This document shows positions 12,244-23,991 of a stretch of DNA of 64,000 nt, piece after piece. Below the pieces are notes generated by a model. It was not told the DNA's origin and searched no databases. It worked only from the letters and a program-made list of their open reading frames with translations. Each line of letters begins with the position of its first letter. Position 1 is the first letter of the stretch. The stretch is from Chlorokybus atmophyticus (lineage: Eukaryota > Plantae > Mesostigma and Chlorokybus algae): positions 325,571 to 389,570 of the forward strand of contig RHPI01001517.1 of NCBI GenBank assembly GCA_009103225.1, written 5' to 3'. The position numbers were made by a program, and so were the translations under genes.

Positions 12244-13367
12244 TGAGGAGGTGTGGACGGAGGAGGACCTCCATTTTGGTTACACGGTTACAAGCGAGTG
12301 CCCAAGATGATGAAGAGGAGGTGGCGGCCACGGCGGCGGCGGCGTTGCTAGCCGCCAATCGCTTGTCGCGGGCTAGAAGTCCGCGTCGCCACATCTTGAG
12401 TGAGGAGGAGGAGAGGAGAGCGGCGAGGGAGACATGCGCCTCCCCGTGGGGAGGGGAGAGGAGGAGGTAAACAAGGAAGGTGACGGTGGTGAAGAGGATG
12501 AGGACGACGCGGACGGCGAGGACCCGCCCTTCGTCACTTACACGCGTAGGAAGAGGGAGCCAAGCTCCTTCTCCAACGATTCTACCCCATCCATGATACC
12601 CACGGAGGCAATGGCACGGAGTTTGGAGGACTTGGAGGCGGAGAACATGCGCCTCAAGCGGGAAGGCGCCCGCCATCCCTCGTGAGCCCGTTGCCACCGG
12701 GCCCAACCACCCGCTACTTGTGAGCATTCTTCGTCGCGAGACGAACTCCAACACCCCCAATGCTCGGGTGGAGGCGATGTGCAACCGCTTTAATGAGCCC
12801 GCGGTCCCTTGAAAAGAGAACATGAAAAAGCGGGCTCGGCAACATGTGGATGTGGCGGCTTACCTTGGTGCGGCGGCGAGCTCCTTCGACCGTGTGCCCG
12901 CTCACCTTGCCGATGATCCCAACTTCGCCCACGGCCGCAAAGAGAACATGAGAGGTGGGCTCAATCTTTGTAGGGTCATGTGCGAGCATCACTGGAACAC
13001 CATTATGTGGGTGCGGAATTGGTCCATGCCCACTTGCACATGCATGCGTTGCGGGCCTTGTGAAGGCCCTGCCCCATTATTAATATAGATGCACGAGATG
13101 CATTTGTTCTGCATCCCTCCTTCCCCCGTGTTCAAGGGGCGGGAGGGCCCGCACCTAACGCCATTGCATGCCCACCCCTGTATTCACATTATGACTACCT
13201 CACAGCAAGGTAACAAGCACAGGGCAGACCATTTGCATCTGCATCCATAGCACATGGTAAGTAAGGTTGAGGATGGCATGTGGGTGCGCATGGCATTAGA
13301 CCCTGTGGATTTGAGCCTGTGTGCTTATGAGCAACCAGTGTTGCTCATACGTGCTTTGTGCCCTAGC
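12222..13367 (+). pseudogene. DIRS ORF1 (Gag-like), 5' part, degraded
   Basis: Acidic/coiled-coil-like segments (EAMARSLEDLEAENMRLKRE) are repeated in the minus-strand copy at 49800-51080; continues after Gypsy-B at 30280. Confidence 0.65.
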
Positions 13368-14006
13368 TGTAACAAAGTTGGCATTACACTTGCTTTTTAG
13401 CTAAATTTCTAGCCCCTTTACCCCCAAACAGCCCTGTTTAACAGCCCTGACGCGTTATGCTTATATAAAGTCCCGAGTCGCCGAGTTATTTCTACATCAA
13501 GGGCGCGCGTTTAAAAGGTCACGCGAGCGTTATGCGCTTTGACCACCGTTGACAGTTTTTATGCGCCATTTAAACAGTCGATTCACGTGTTTTTGAGCAT
13601 GTGTTCGCGGTGGAGTCAACATAGTTGACTTCTACAATAATAGTGTAGCCTCTTACGTATATAAGTAGCTAGTATACTGCTATTAGGGAGGTTGGACCAA
13701 GTAGAAGTTAAGTTATTGCTCTTGTTGTGAACGGTGTGTGCGTGCTTGTGGAGTTTGCATCCACAGTGCGTGTGTGCGCGTGGGTGTGCTTTTGCTACAG
13801 CTCTTGCACGGACCAGACTGCCCCACAAGCTTTGAGGCGCCTACATTGCCCTCAAGGTGTTCAACCCCACGGTGCGAATACTGTTGTTGATTGATTGCGA
13901 GTAGGTGCACGTGTATTAGCGCCATTAGTGTGCTCAATTGCATCATAGCTCGTTCATCAGGCTGGTAGCTCTGGTGAGGTGTTCAATCAGCACGAGCATC
14001 GTTACA
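13368..14006 (+). repeat. Gypsy-B 5' LTR
   Basis: tgtaacaaag...gttaca; aligns with 29620-30274 with scattered substitutions and small indels. Confidence 0.93.
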
Positions 14007-14009
14007 TTT

Positions 14010-14021
14010 TGGTATCGGAGC
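14010..14021 (+). other. tRNA-Met primer-binding site
   Basis: tggtatcggagc directly after the LTR. Confidence 0.85.
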
Positions 14022-14100
14022 GTAGTTGTGCAGGTGGTTATCAGGTGAATAGCCACATATATTGATCCTTGTTACATCGGACACTTTTCCTCTTCCCACC

Positions 14101-15106
14101 ATGGTGAACAACACCCAACGTATCGAGGTGCTGGATGAGCAGCTCCAAAGCTTGATGGCTCGCCTCACCACCACTGAGGAGCGTTTACAAGTAGCTGAGG
14201 AGGCTGCCAATTCTGCCAACCAACGCGCGTTCGCTGCAACGAAGCATCTACGTGCAGTGGAGGGGCGCTCAACAACCTCTTTGGATGGAGTTGCTGCAGT
14301 GTCACAAGGTGCTGGAGGTTCTATTACGTCATCCTCCCATCAGTTCAAGCCAGCAAAATCGGACTTCTATCACGGTCAGCGAGATGAGGACAAAGTTGAT
14401 GCGTAATTATTTCATTGTCGGCAGTATGTCGATCTTGCGCGTGTCCCCTCACATGAGCACGTCGTTGCTTCGGCCATGTATCTGCGAAGTGCTGCATTGA
14501 CATGGTGGCGGTCTTATTTGTCTCGTGTGGAGAGCGGATTTGCTCCAACGCTATCAACCTTTGAAGAGTATGCTGCGAAAGTGCGTAGGCAATTTGTTCC
14601 CATTATTAGTAAGCAAAGTGCTCGTGATCGCCTTCACGCATTGACTCAAATGACATCCGTTGTTGTCTACACGGAGAAGTTTTTGCACACGACTCTGTTT
14701 ATCCCTGAAAGTTGAGAAGTCTGATCCGGCCACACTGCAAGATGCTATCAAGCGAGCGGAGCGTGCGGATGCTCTTCTTCAACGGTCTTTCTCTCAGTCC
14801 CGACCTGCTTCTCAATTGCGGCCTGGTCAACCATCACGCTACGAGGTGAACTCATATGCTGCTGCTGCAAGTAGTGATGCTGATAGAGAGGAAGAAGGCG
14901 ATGTTCCTTCTCTTGCTGCAATCTTTCAGCGTGCTGCTAAAGGCACCCATTCGCGTGGTTTTCTTTGCTGGAATTGTGGAGACAAGTCCCACAGATTTTT
15001 TGCTTGCAAAGAGCCTCGTCGACCTGACGGAGTACTCCCCTTCAAGCCCAAGCATCTAAATGCGACAAGCAGCATCAAGCAGCAGGTAAACGGTCGGTCT
15101 CAGTAG
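14101..15106 (+). pseudogene. gag: Gypsy-B gag (stops and frameshifts)
   Basis: YLRSAALTWWRS...FEEYAAKVRRQF...ARDRLHALTQ Gag core; knuckle CWNCGDKSHRFFAC. Confidence 0.85.
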
Positions 15107-15254
15107 ACATTGGGGCTACTGCTGAGACTAGGATGCAGCCTCAGGTGCGGACAGCTGAGTTGTTTGCTGCATCTGCTTGCGATGGAGTTGAGTTGCGCAC
15201 GCATGCCCATGCGGGATTGATATTCCTCAAAGCCCAAGTTGGAGGTCACGATGG

Positions 15255-15593
15255 TGTAAGGAGAGGGGGTGCTACCTCCTCCATTTAATCTACTACCCCA
15301 ACACCACCACCAGCCACGCCGACCACACCGCCGCCGCCAGGGGCAACTGCCGAAGCAGAAGATCCCCTGGCTATGGCGGCTGCTGCGTTAGCAGTGCCGC
15401 CATACAGTTGATATCGACATGAGACTCATGTCTCATGTCGATATCAGTGTTACAATTAAGTAACACTACATTAGGGCCTTAACACTAGGTTAACGGCCCT
15501 AATACGGCTTAATTGGCTGTATATACCCGTTGGGACCCTTATTTAATCCTAAATAAGGGCGGGGAACTTCTATAGAGGTAGCACTCCGTTACA
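15255..15593 (-). repeat. Gypsy-C 3' LTR
   Basis: Preceded on the minus strand by the PPT aagtgggggggaa. Confidence 0.93.
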
Positions 15594-15954
15594 TTCCCCC
15601 CCACTTAGGTTTCAATGTCCTCATTGAAGGGTTAGCAAAGCCCCACCATGAGCACCGAGAACCAAAGCAGTGAGAGATTTAATCCTAAATAAGGGCGGGG
15701 AACCTCTATAGAGGTAGCACTCCGTTACATTCCCCCCCACTTAGGTTTCAATGTCCTCATTGAAGGGTTAGCAAAGCCCCACCATGAGCACCGAGAACCA
15801 AAGCAGTGAGAGATTTAATCCTAAATAAGGGCGGGGAACTTCTATAGAGGTAGCACTCCGTTACATTCCCCCCCACTTAGGTTTCAATGTCCTCATTGAA
15901 GGGTTAGCAAAGCCCCACCATGAGCACCGAGAACCAAAGCAGTGAGAGATTTAA
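15541..15954. repeat. 136-bp tandem repeat x3 spanning the LTR start, PPT and internal 3' end
   Basis: aatcc register at 15545, 15681 and 15817, and aacc at 15953 (period 136); units are joined at atttaa. Confidence 0.9.
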
Positions 15955-15959
15955 CCAGG

Positions 15960-18407
15960 GCCGAAGCGGTAAAGATGTCTGCCAGCACCCTTTTACCGTC
16001 CGCGTGTGGACACAGCACTCCAGTACCCCCGAAGAATCTCTTGGCAGTTGGTAAGATTCCTTTCGGGCTCCCACGTGTTGTGCTCAACACCATACCCTTT
16101 CCATTACGTCAACAGATGGCCACTAATACAACTATTGCGCTGCTTTAACAGTCTTGCGACTGCCAAAGTGCCCAGCGTACGGTGGAACGTGTACATCAGC
16201 TATGCATTTCGCACGCAATCCAGCATGGTCTGGTATTACTAAGCTGGTGCCCACATAATACAAGTTGTCTCGTTTGCTCAGCTTTTGCACGTTGTCCTCT
16301 GACGAGAACCATGGGTCAAAAGCATACCCTTGCACAACAGCTTGCACAAACTCATCATCCGGTGGCAATGTACCGCGCGTCGCAAGCAATTGCGCACGCA
16401 TAGCTGCCAACAATGATGGACAACGACTCAGAGGATCAGCAACATTGGTTCTGCCTGGCCAGTATACCCACTCAAAGGTAAACCGGGACAGAAACTCATT
16501 TTAGCGGGCTTGCCTTCGTGACAAGTTTTGCTGTGTTGAGAAATACACCAATGGATTATGATCAGTCACCACTGTGAACTGAACCCCCTCCAAGTAACAT
16601 CGCCATGTTTCCAGAGCATGTACTATACCAAGCAACTCTTGCTTGGTGGTAGTGTAATTTACCTCTGCTGGAATGAACTTCCTACTCTCATAAGCACATG
16701 GTCTGCCATCTTGCAACAGTACTGCACCACACTCAAGGGTGGACGCATCGCTAACCACACTGGCATGCTTGTCCCAGTTTGGCAATGCCAACACTGGAGC
16801 AGAAGTCAAGGCTAGCTTCACCTGTTGCATAGCAGCTTCTTGTTCAGCTGTCCATAAGAATGGAGCATCTTTTCGCAACAGTTTTGTTAAAGGCACCACT
16901 ACTGTGGAGTACCCCATCATAAACTTGCGAAAGTAGTTTGCCAATCCCAAGAATGATCGCAGCTGATGGATATTCTTAGGTTGAGGCCAATCCTTTACAA
17001 CTTGCACTTTGCGAGGGTCAGGTTTCACACCCGCACCGCTCACAATGTGCCCCAAGAATGGCAACTCCGTCTCGCTGGAGTCACACTTCGCAAGATTGGC
17101 AAACAAGCGATGTGTACGCAGCAAGGCGAACACCGCTTCCAAGTGCTGCTTATGCTCTTCCTTGGTTTTACTAAAGACAATGATGTCATCCAAGTAAACC
17201 ATAACATACTTGCCAAGTATGCCACCAAACATCTTATTCATTTCCTTCTGAAACACTGCCGGCGCATTAGTCAATCCAAAAGGTAACACTTTGTATTGAT
17301 AATGGCCCGAAGGTGTTCTGAATGCTGTCTTGTAAACATCAGAAGGATGAATCCGGATTTGATGATACCCACTTGTCAAGTCCAACGTACTAAAGTACGC
17401 ATTTCCCGACAGTTTATCAAACACATCATCAATCCGGGGCAACGGGTATCGATTCTTTACCGTGATCTTGTTCAAAGCACGGTAATCCACACACATGCAC
17501 AGCTTTCCATTCTTTTTCATCACAAACAAGATGGGCGCGCCAAAGGGTGAAGAACTCGGTTCAATCAATCCCTTTTCCAATAACTCTTTAATTTGAGTTT
17601 TCATTTCCCCCCTCTCTCAGGGGCTCAGCCTATATATAGGCCGAAACGGAGGCTCACTGTTAGGAATGAGTGGTATTGTGTGTCCGACACCTCGGTCAGG
17701 AGGTAAGCCTGGCAATTCATTTGAGAACACATCTTGATACTTCTTAATAATGTCTGCAACACCTTCTGTATTTCCCGGCACAAAGTCGTCCGACGACGTT
17801 AAGTGTACCAAAAAAGCCGGTGTGTTTTTGCGCAACGCACGTTTCACTTGCAGTGCGATGAGTAGCGCAGGGTCGGGCTGCTTGTGGTCCAAGCTATGTG
17901 ACCTTTCACAGACAATGTTACACGCTTACGACCTTTCTTTACCGTGCACAAACGTGCGCCAGTATCCAATGTCATATTGACATTTTCCTGCCATTCCTGT
18001 CCTAATACCACATCAACACCTGATATGTCGATGGATACCACTATGAAAGTAAGAGTGGCATGATAATTACCAATCTTCACCTTCATTTTTATTTCCCCTT
18101 TCACTGGCAGCGCACCCCCCGCACCGGCAGCTGAAAATGCTGAGGGTTTACACGCTATCTTGTTGTGCACAACCCATTGTTCCTCAACGAAGTTGTGTGT
18201 TGCACCAGTGTCAATCAAGAACGAACTGTTTACACCCTGCATTGTGCCACTAAATGTCCACAACAGAGGTACCACCCGTCCTTGAAACGTAGCCAAGAGT
18301 CCGTGACTAATTCGAGGGTTGATCAATATGGCTGACAACCGTACTGTCCCTGTTTCACGCTTGCTGAATTGCTTCAACACACACCTCCCCGAGTATGTTT
18401 TAACCAT
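15960..18407 (-). pseudogene. pol: Gypsy-C pol: protease, RT, RNase H, integrase N-terminus and chromodomain; integrase core deleted
   Basis: FLIDTGATHNF; VYLDDIIVF; VVSDAS...QELLGIV...VVTDHNPL; HVPPYAGHFGSRKT followed almost directly by WKGYGVEHNTWEPERNLTNCQEILRGYW. Confidence 0.9.
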
Positions 18408-18688
18408 GGGCCATGATACTTTGGCACCATCACCGCCATACTCAAGGTTCTGTGCTTATTCTGCAACTCAGTCAATGCATGCAACACATCGGTAAGCATG
18501 TTGAACTCCACATGTACCAGCACACAAGCATTCTCTTCCACTTTTTCAACATCAAAGAGTGGCAACTTGTCATGTGCTTGCCATGCATGTGTCATTACAT
18601 GCACTTGAGACAGATCATCAAACCAGCTTGCTGCTTTCATCTCAAGCAAGTGGCTATCAACCGCAACTACATTAATCACGGCGTAATC

Positions 18689-20152
18689 CTATTTAACCTT
18701 CTTGGCCTTGCCCTTCTTGGCGGGGCAGTTCTTCGCAATGTGACCCGGCTGGTGACGTACGTGACAGGTGCGAGCCGCAGCGGGTGTAGCACCACCAGCA
18801 GATGTGCCACCGGTAGGAGGCGTGAATGTCTTCGCCTTCTTTGCCGTGTGCGCACTCGGCTGAGGGTAACGCTTTCCTCCCACCCCGTGCGGCTTGACCG
18901 CAGCTGCCACATGTGTCTTTTCCTGCACCGCCGTGTTATCGCTGTACAGATACACGCTCAGCTTCTGCAGCTGGGCCAAGTCCTCAGGAACCCAAGGAAG
19001 TCCCGTTGCCGTGTTGTACTGCAGCTGATCGCGCACACGCGCATCCAAGCCGCGTTTGTACAACTCAAACTGCTCAGCCTTGTCCATGGGCATGAGGCCA
19101 CTGTTCACGCGACCCACCAACGCTTGGAACTCCTGCAGATAGACTGAAGCCGTCCGGCCATTCTGTCGCAGCTTGTTGAGCTTGTTGCGAGCCTGAGTAG
19201 CTGGATCCATGCCACCATAGCGCTCCACAAGGAACTTGAATAGTGCCTCCACTGTCTTGGCCGCACCATCCTCTGTCTGCCTCGCCCACTCGGCGAGAGC
19301 GTCAGATGGTATGAGCAACTCAGCAACAGCAATGTGCTCGCCAACTGGTCGCTTCAGTGCTATCAAGTAGTGCTCAACAGTGACCACCCAATTATGGATG
19401 CTGACACTGCCGTTGGGCTTGAACTTCTCAGGCTTGTTCAGTGCTGTAACCGGCAGCCCCGCTGATGCTCCAGCTGCTGAAGTAGCACCCGCCACCTGTT
19501 GGAGCAGCGCCACCAACTCAGACTGCATAGCATCGAGGCGTGCCGTCAACTGCACTCGGCCAGTCAACTTGTCTTCCAAGTTAGGTCCCAAGTACCAGAA
19601 CACGTCCTTGCAACGCTGTGAGGTTTCCACTCCCAAGGTGGCCAAAGCCTCAAACGCCATTCGCTTGCCTTGGTAAGGGAGAGGCTTATCGTAAACAGCC
19701 ATCAGAGCAGCCACCTTCGGATCACCGCGCACGAGTGGCGGAACATTGTTCGTCAACTCGTGCTCAATCATGCGGATCACCATCTCCTTGCTTGCGCAAG
19801 GGAAATTGGCAAAATCTGTCTCATAGCCATCACGAACCGTCTGCGCCCATGCATCCCACACTTCCTGACGAAGCTGTGGGTAAGCATCGATTAAGGCTTT
19901 GCGCTCTCGCGCATACTTCTCAATAGCCCCACCAATAACAAACTGTGTGTCCATTGTAGCTGGCCCACTCTGAGTAGATTGATCGGGAGAAGCTTCGCTA
20001 TCCTGCGCAGCTTCCTCCTTGTCACTCTCAGTGAGCTTGTAGCTCTCACTCGTGTCCGAGTCTCTCACTTTGTCATCACTTGATGGTTCGTATGATGACG
20101 ATGAGTCAGGGACGGTAAAGTACTTCTCACCTCCCTCTCCTTGGTCAGACAT
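18689..20152 (-). CDS. gag: Gypsy-C Gag, uninterrupted 487-codon ORF
   Basis: Starts MSDQGEGG; Gag core (ARNKLNKLRQNGRTASVYLQEF); C-terminal knuckle partly degenerate (CHVRHQPGHIAKNC). Confidence 0.85.
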   Translation of the reverse strand: MSDQGEGGEKYFTVPDSSSSYEPSSDDKVRDSDTSESYKLTESDKEEAAQDSEASPDQSTQSGPATMDTQFVIGGAIEKYARERKALIDAYPQLRQEVWDAWAQTVRDGYETDFANFPCASKEMVIRMIEHELTNNVPPLVRGDPKVAALMAVYDKPLPYQGKRMAFEALATLGVETSQRCKDVFWYLGPNLEDKLTGRVQLTARLDAMQSELVALLQQVAGATSAAGASAGLPVTALNKPEKFKPNGSVSIHNWVVTVEHYLIALKRPVGEHIAVAELLIPSDALAEWARQTEDGAAKTVEALFKFLVERYGGMDPATQARNKLNKLRQNGRTASVYLQEFQALVGRVNSGLMPMDKAEQFELYKRGLDARVRDQLQYNTATGLPWVPEDLAQLQKLSVYLYSDNTAVQEKTHVAAAVKPHGVGGKRYPQPSAHTAKKAKTFTPPTGGTSAGGATPAAARTCHVRHQPGHIAKNCPAKKGKAKKVK

Positions 20153-20744
20153 CTGCCCAAAGACAGCCGTTAGCAAGTGCACAAGTACTCAGATTGTGCA
20201 CTGCAATACAGGCAAAATCTAATAATTTTGTCTCGTCAAGTGTTGAGGCGTTACGGTGGAGCATACAGCCCCAAAAGAGCTCTCCACACACCTCTCAATT
20301 AGACACTCACTCTGCAACAAACCGTGCGCGAATCCACGCGACGGTTCACGAGTTATGATCTCTCAAAGTTTTCACTTTGTACAACCCAGCACAATTCACA
20401 ACTGTGGTTGACACTTAGGGTGCCAAAATCTCGTCAAATCGACCTTACAGGCCGATATCGACCAGTTGTGAATGGTGAGTTTGATATCGGCCGCTCAGAA
20501 AATTCTGGCGGCCTCACCGCACAAAATGGCGGCACTGAGACAGTCGATGTTGCCACCGAACTGCCCCCCCCAAGGGAATTTTCAAATTAATAAAAAAACC
20601 CTTACACCACGAATCCACGTGGTGCTACACACACAATATAATACAATCAATGTATGTTTACTATGTGTTGTGCTGCAATGCAATGCTTCAGGGACAGGCC
20701 TGAATGGCCGGATCCCTTCACACAATAACAAACTGGACTAGGAC

Positions 20745-20936
20745 AGGCATGCTAGGCTAGGCATGGCATGCATGGCATGGCAAGCTAGGCTAGGCTAGGC
20801 TAGGCTAGGCACCAGCAGCAGCGTTTAACTATTCTAGTTAAAACATAAAACACTTTAACTACCACTAGTTTAACGCCGCCTGCCGCCTGCCGCCGCCCCT
20901 GCCGCCTGCCGCCGCCCCTCCCACAGGCCCCTTGCC
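20745..20936. repeat. Short tandem repeats in the Gypsy-C 5' UTR
   Basis: (ctagg)n, (gcatg)n and (gccgcct)n runs. Confidence 0.8.
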
Positions 20937-20942
20937 GCCCGT

Positions 20943-20954
20943 GCTCCGATACCA
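20943..20954 (-). other. tRNA-Met primer-binding site of Gypsy-C
   Basis: Minus strand tggtatcggagc after the LTR end. Confidence 0.85.
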
Positions 20955-20955
20955 A

Positions 20956-21294
20956 TGTAAGGAGAGGGGGTGCTACCTCCTCCCTTTAATCCCCTACCCC
21001 AACACCACCACCAGCCACGCCGACCACACCGCCGCCGCCAGGGGCAACTGCCGAAGCAGAAGATCCCCTGGCTATGGCGGCTGCTGCGTTAGCAGTGCCG
21101 CCATACAGCTGATATCGACATGAGACTCATGTCTCATGTCGATATCAGTGTTACAGTTCAGTAATACTACATTAGGGCCTTAACACTAGGTTAACGGCCC
21201 TAACACGGCTTAATTGGCTGTATATACCCGTTGGGACCCTTATTTAATCTTAAATAAGGGCGGGGAACCTCTATAGAGGTAGCACTCCGTTACA
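20956..21294 (-). repeat. Gypsy-C 5' LTR
   Basis: Matches 15255-15593; adjacent PBS. Confidence 0.93.
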
Positions 21295-21299
21295 GATGG

Positions 21300-23508
21300 T
21301 CATTTTCTCGTCAATTGTGGTGCGACGCACAACTTTCTCGACATCGAGTTTGCTCGGAGACATTCCCTACTGTCTGGCATTACTGGTGGCACAGCTATGT
21401 TCCCTGATGGGCGTTGTGCTATGTCGGAGTTGAGCAACCGAGTATTGGTCGAGCTTACTCCAATCATAGGTGATTTTCTGCAGTTCACTTGCACGTTGCT
21501 GCGTGGCAAGTATGTTGGCATTCTTGGCATGCCTTGGCTCAAGCTGCGAAACCCTTCTGTTGATTGAAGATTGAAGACGTTGTGTGTCCCTGTGGCACCT
21601 TCTTTATCTGCCATCATTTCAGCTGTGGAGTTGACACATCTGGTCGGTACGCTTTATCTGCTACATGCCCATGCTCGACGGTTGTTCAGCAATGCACGCG
21701 TCTACCGTGCGGGTATGTACGGTCTGCTACACCACATGTTGTCAATGACTTTACTGCTGTTGTCTCCGCTGTTGCTGATGCTCCAAAGAGGGATCAGCCA
21801 GAGACTATCATGCTGTCATCTCGTTGTGAATCCTTGACCAATGGAGCTTGTCACCAAGTTGAAGGCAGGCGTTTGAGACTTAGACGCTCTCGTCCCGATC
21901 ATAATGATGGGTCGTTGCTTTGTGCCCTCTCCCCTGCGATCTTTATGAGGCAAGTGTGCAGCAATGCAATGGAAGGCTTGCTGTGTGTCATTAACGGAAC
22001 GCAAGTATGATGGTGTTGCTAAGGAGACAAGTGGTGAGACTTCACGCACTCCGGAGTTGAAGACGCTGTTGCGTGACTTTGCTGATGTGCTGGTTGAAGG
22101 TCTACCCAGCGGTCTACCTCCAAGGAGACATGTTGATCATAGTGTGGAGCTGCTTCCTGGTGATCACAAACCTCCTTATCGCCATATCTTAAAGATGTCC
22201 CATGCTGAGGTAGCAGAAGCAGAGCCAAGTGCAGGACTTGCTGCACAGAGGTTTGATACGGCCTTCAAAGTCACCTTACGATGCATCGATCCTGTTCGCA
22301 AGGAAGAAAGATGGCAAGCTGCGAATGTGCATTGACTACCATGGCTTGAACCGCATCACCAAAAAGAACAGGTTCCCTCTGCCACGTATTAATGAATTAT
22401 TAGAGCAATTGTCTGGATCTGCATTCTTCAGCAAGATCAACTTGGCTAGTGCTTATCATCAAATACGAGTTGCGGATGAGGACATTGAAAAGACTGCTTT
22501 CAACACTCGGTATGGGCATTATGAATGGTTGGTCCTGTCATTTGGTATGACAAACGCCCCAGCTACGTTTCAGTCAACAATGAATGCGGTGTTTCGAGAT
22601 TTGCTCGGCAAAGGAGTACTTGTCTACCTCGATGACATCCTAGTGTACAGTGCGACACCGCAGAAGCACCATGAGCTATTGAAGCAGGTGTTGCAACATC
22701 TGCGAGAACACCAGTTATGCGCACAACTCCCAAAGTGTGAATTATTTGTTGATGAGGTGGAGTACCTTGGCCATGTTGTATTTGCTGCTGGCATCCGTCC
22801 TAATCCACGGAAGATATAAGTTGTACGTGATTGGCCTGACCTTACTACCAAAGCTGAAGTACAATCTTTCCTTGGACTCGCGGGGTACTACAGGCGCTTT
22901 GTTGCCAACTACTCTCGCATTGCTGTTCCCCTTACCAGTCTTACTGCTGAAAAGGCCAAGTTTCATTGGGGACTTGAGCAAAAGCAGGCTTTTGAGCAGT
23001 TAAAGATGGCATTAACTTCAACTCCTGTACTACTGCACCCCGACCCTTCCTCACCTTACACCATTACAACTGATGCAAGCGACAAAGCGGTTGGAGGTGT
23101 TTTGCAACAAGATGAAGGCAAGGGCCTGCAACCAGTTGCCTACTTCAGCCGAAAGCTGTCTGGTGCGGAGTTAAACTACGCTGTGCACGAAAAACTCATA
23201 CACAAGTATTGGCGTTGAAACAGTGGCGCTGTTTTGTAGAAGGTGTGCACTTCACACTTGAGACCGACCACAACCCCCTGAGATACTTGCAATCGCAACC
23301 TCTTTTGTCAAGGCGACAGGCACAATGGCTTGAGTTTCTTCAGCAGTTTGACTTTGATGTTCGTTACCGCACAGGTGTGAGCAACAAGGTAGCTGATGCG
23401 TTGAGTCGCATGCACAGTGTTGAGTCACACCTACTAAAGGAGCCACATGTGCGAGATAAGTTGAAAGAGTGTTTGGCAATGGACCACTTAGCTCAGCAAC
23501 TGCTTAAA
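21300..23508 (+). pseudogene. pol: Gypsy-B pol: protease (3' part), RT, RNase H
   Basis: KLRMCIDYHGLN, VYLDDILVY, ITTDASDKAVGGVL, LETDHNPL; several stops and frameshifts. Confidence 0.92.
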
Positions 23509-23893
23509 TGTTGAAGGAATGGAGTCAGCCATTATCTTCGTGTCACTTTTCTACGATCAACTTATCTGTTAGCAGTTATGGTCAACAGCAGTTACAGCCG
23601 TTACAAGTCAACTCTGGTCAACCTTTGACTTTGACTAGTGGTTATGGAGGTTACATGAGTTACGGGAGTTATGGAGGTTACGGGAGTTACGGTCAACTGC
23701 CGTTACTGAAGTCACGCTTTGACTTTGACCAGTGTGTACTAGTGTTGACTTTGACTAGTACCACTTATAGTTGACTAGTGTACTATATAAGCCACTGTGT
23801 GTTGCTTATTACAATAGATCCACTTTGCTCTGTTTCTTGGCGCCACACTTTGTGCATTGTGTGCTTAGCTTGCTATTGTGCAATCTCTCATCA
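23509..23893 (+). repeat. Copia-A 5' LTR
   Basis: tgttgaagg...tctcatca. Confidence 0.93.
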
Positions 23894-23906
23894 GGTCATG
23901 GGCCCA
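23894..23906 (+). other. Copia-type PBS (half tRNA-iMet type)
   Basis: ggtcatgggccca, a variant of the copia GGTTATGGGCCCA motif; the related copies at 37772-37783 and 48279-48290 have ggttatgggccc. Confidence 0.8.
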
Positions 23907-23991
23907 CACTAGCACTAGCTACACAATAGGATAACAAGTTGGTGATTAGCTTGGGGAGGCGCCGTCTTCATTGCAACCTAGCAAGGGAAGC

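Larger units (their letters stand above)
15255..21294 (-). mobile_element. Ty3/Gypsy chromovirus (Gypsy-C) nested in the Gypsy-B protease region
   Basis: 339-bp LTRs at 15255-15593 and 20956-21294 (about 10 mismatches by eye), TSD GATGG at 15250-15254 and 21295-21299. Removing it restores GGHDGHFLVNCGATHNF. Confidence 0.95.

Noticed and set aside
15541-15954. CRISPR-like array
   Set aside because: The units are whole 136-bp tandem copies with no unique spacers, and the context is a eukaryotic retroelement.
18413-19147. 244-aa plus-strand ORF and similar antisense ORFs (e.g. 45320-45799, 49327-49953)
   Set aside because: They are shadow frames opposite real TE genes and have no recognisable motifs.
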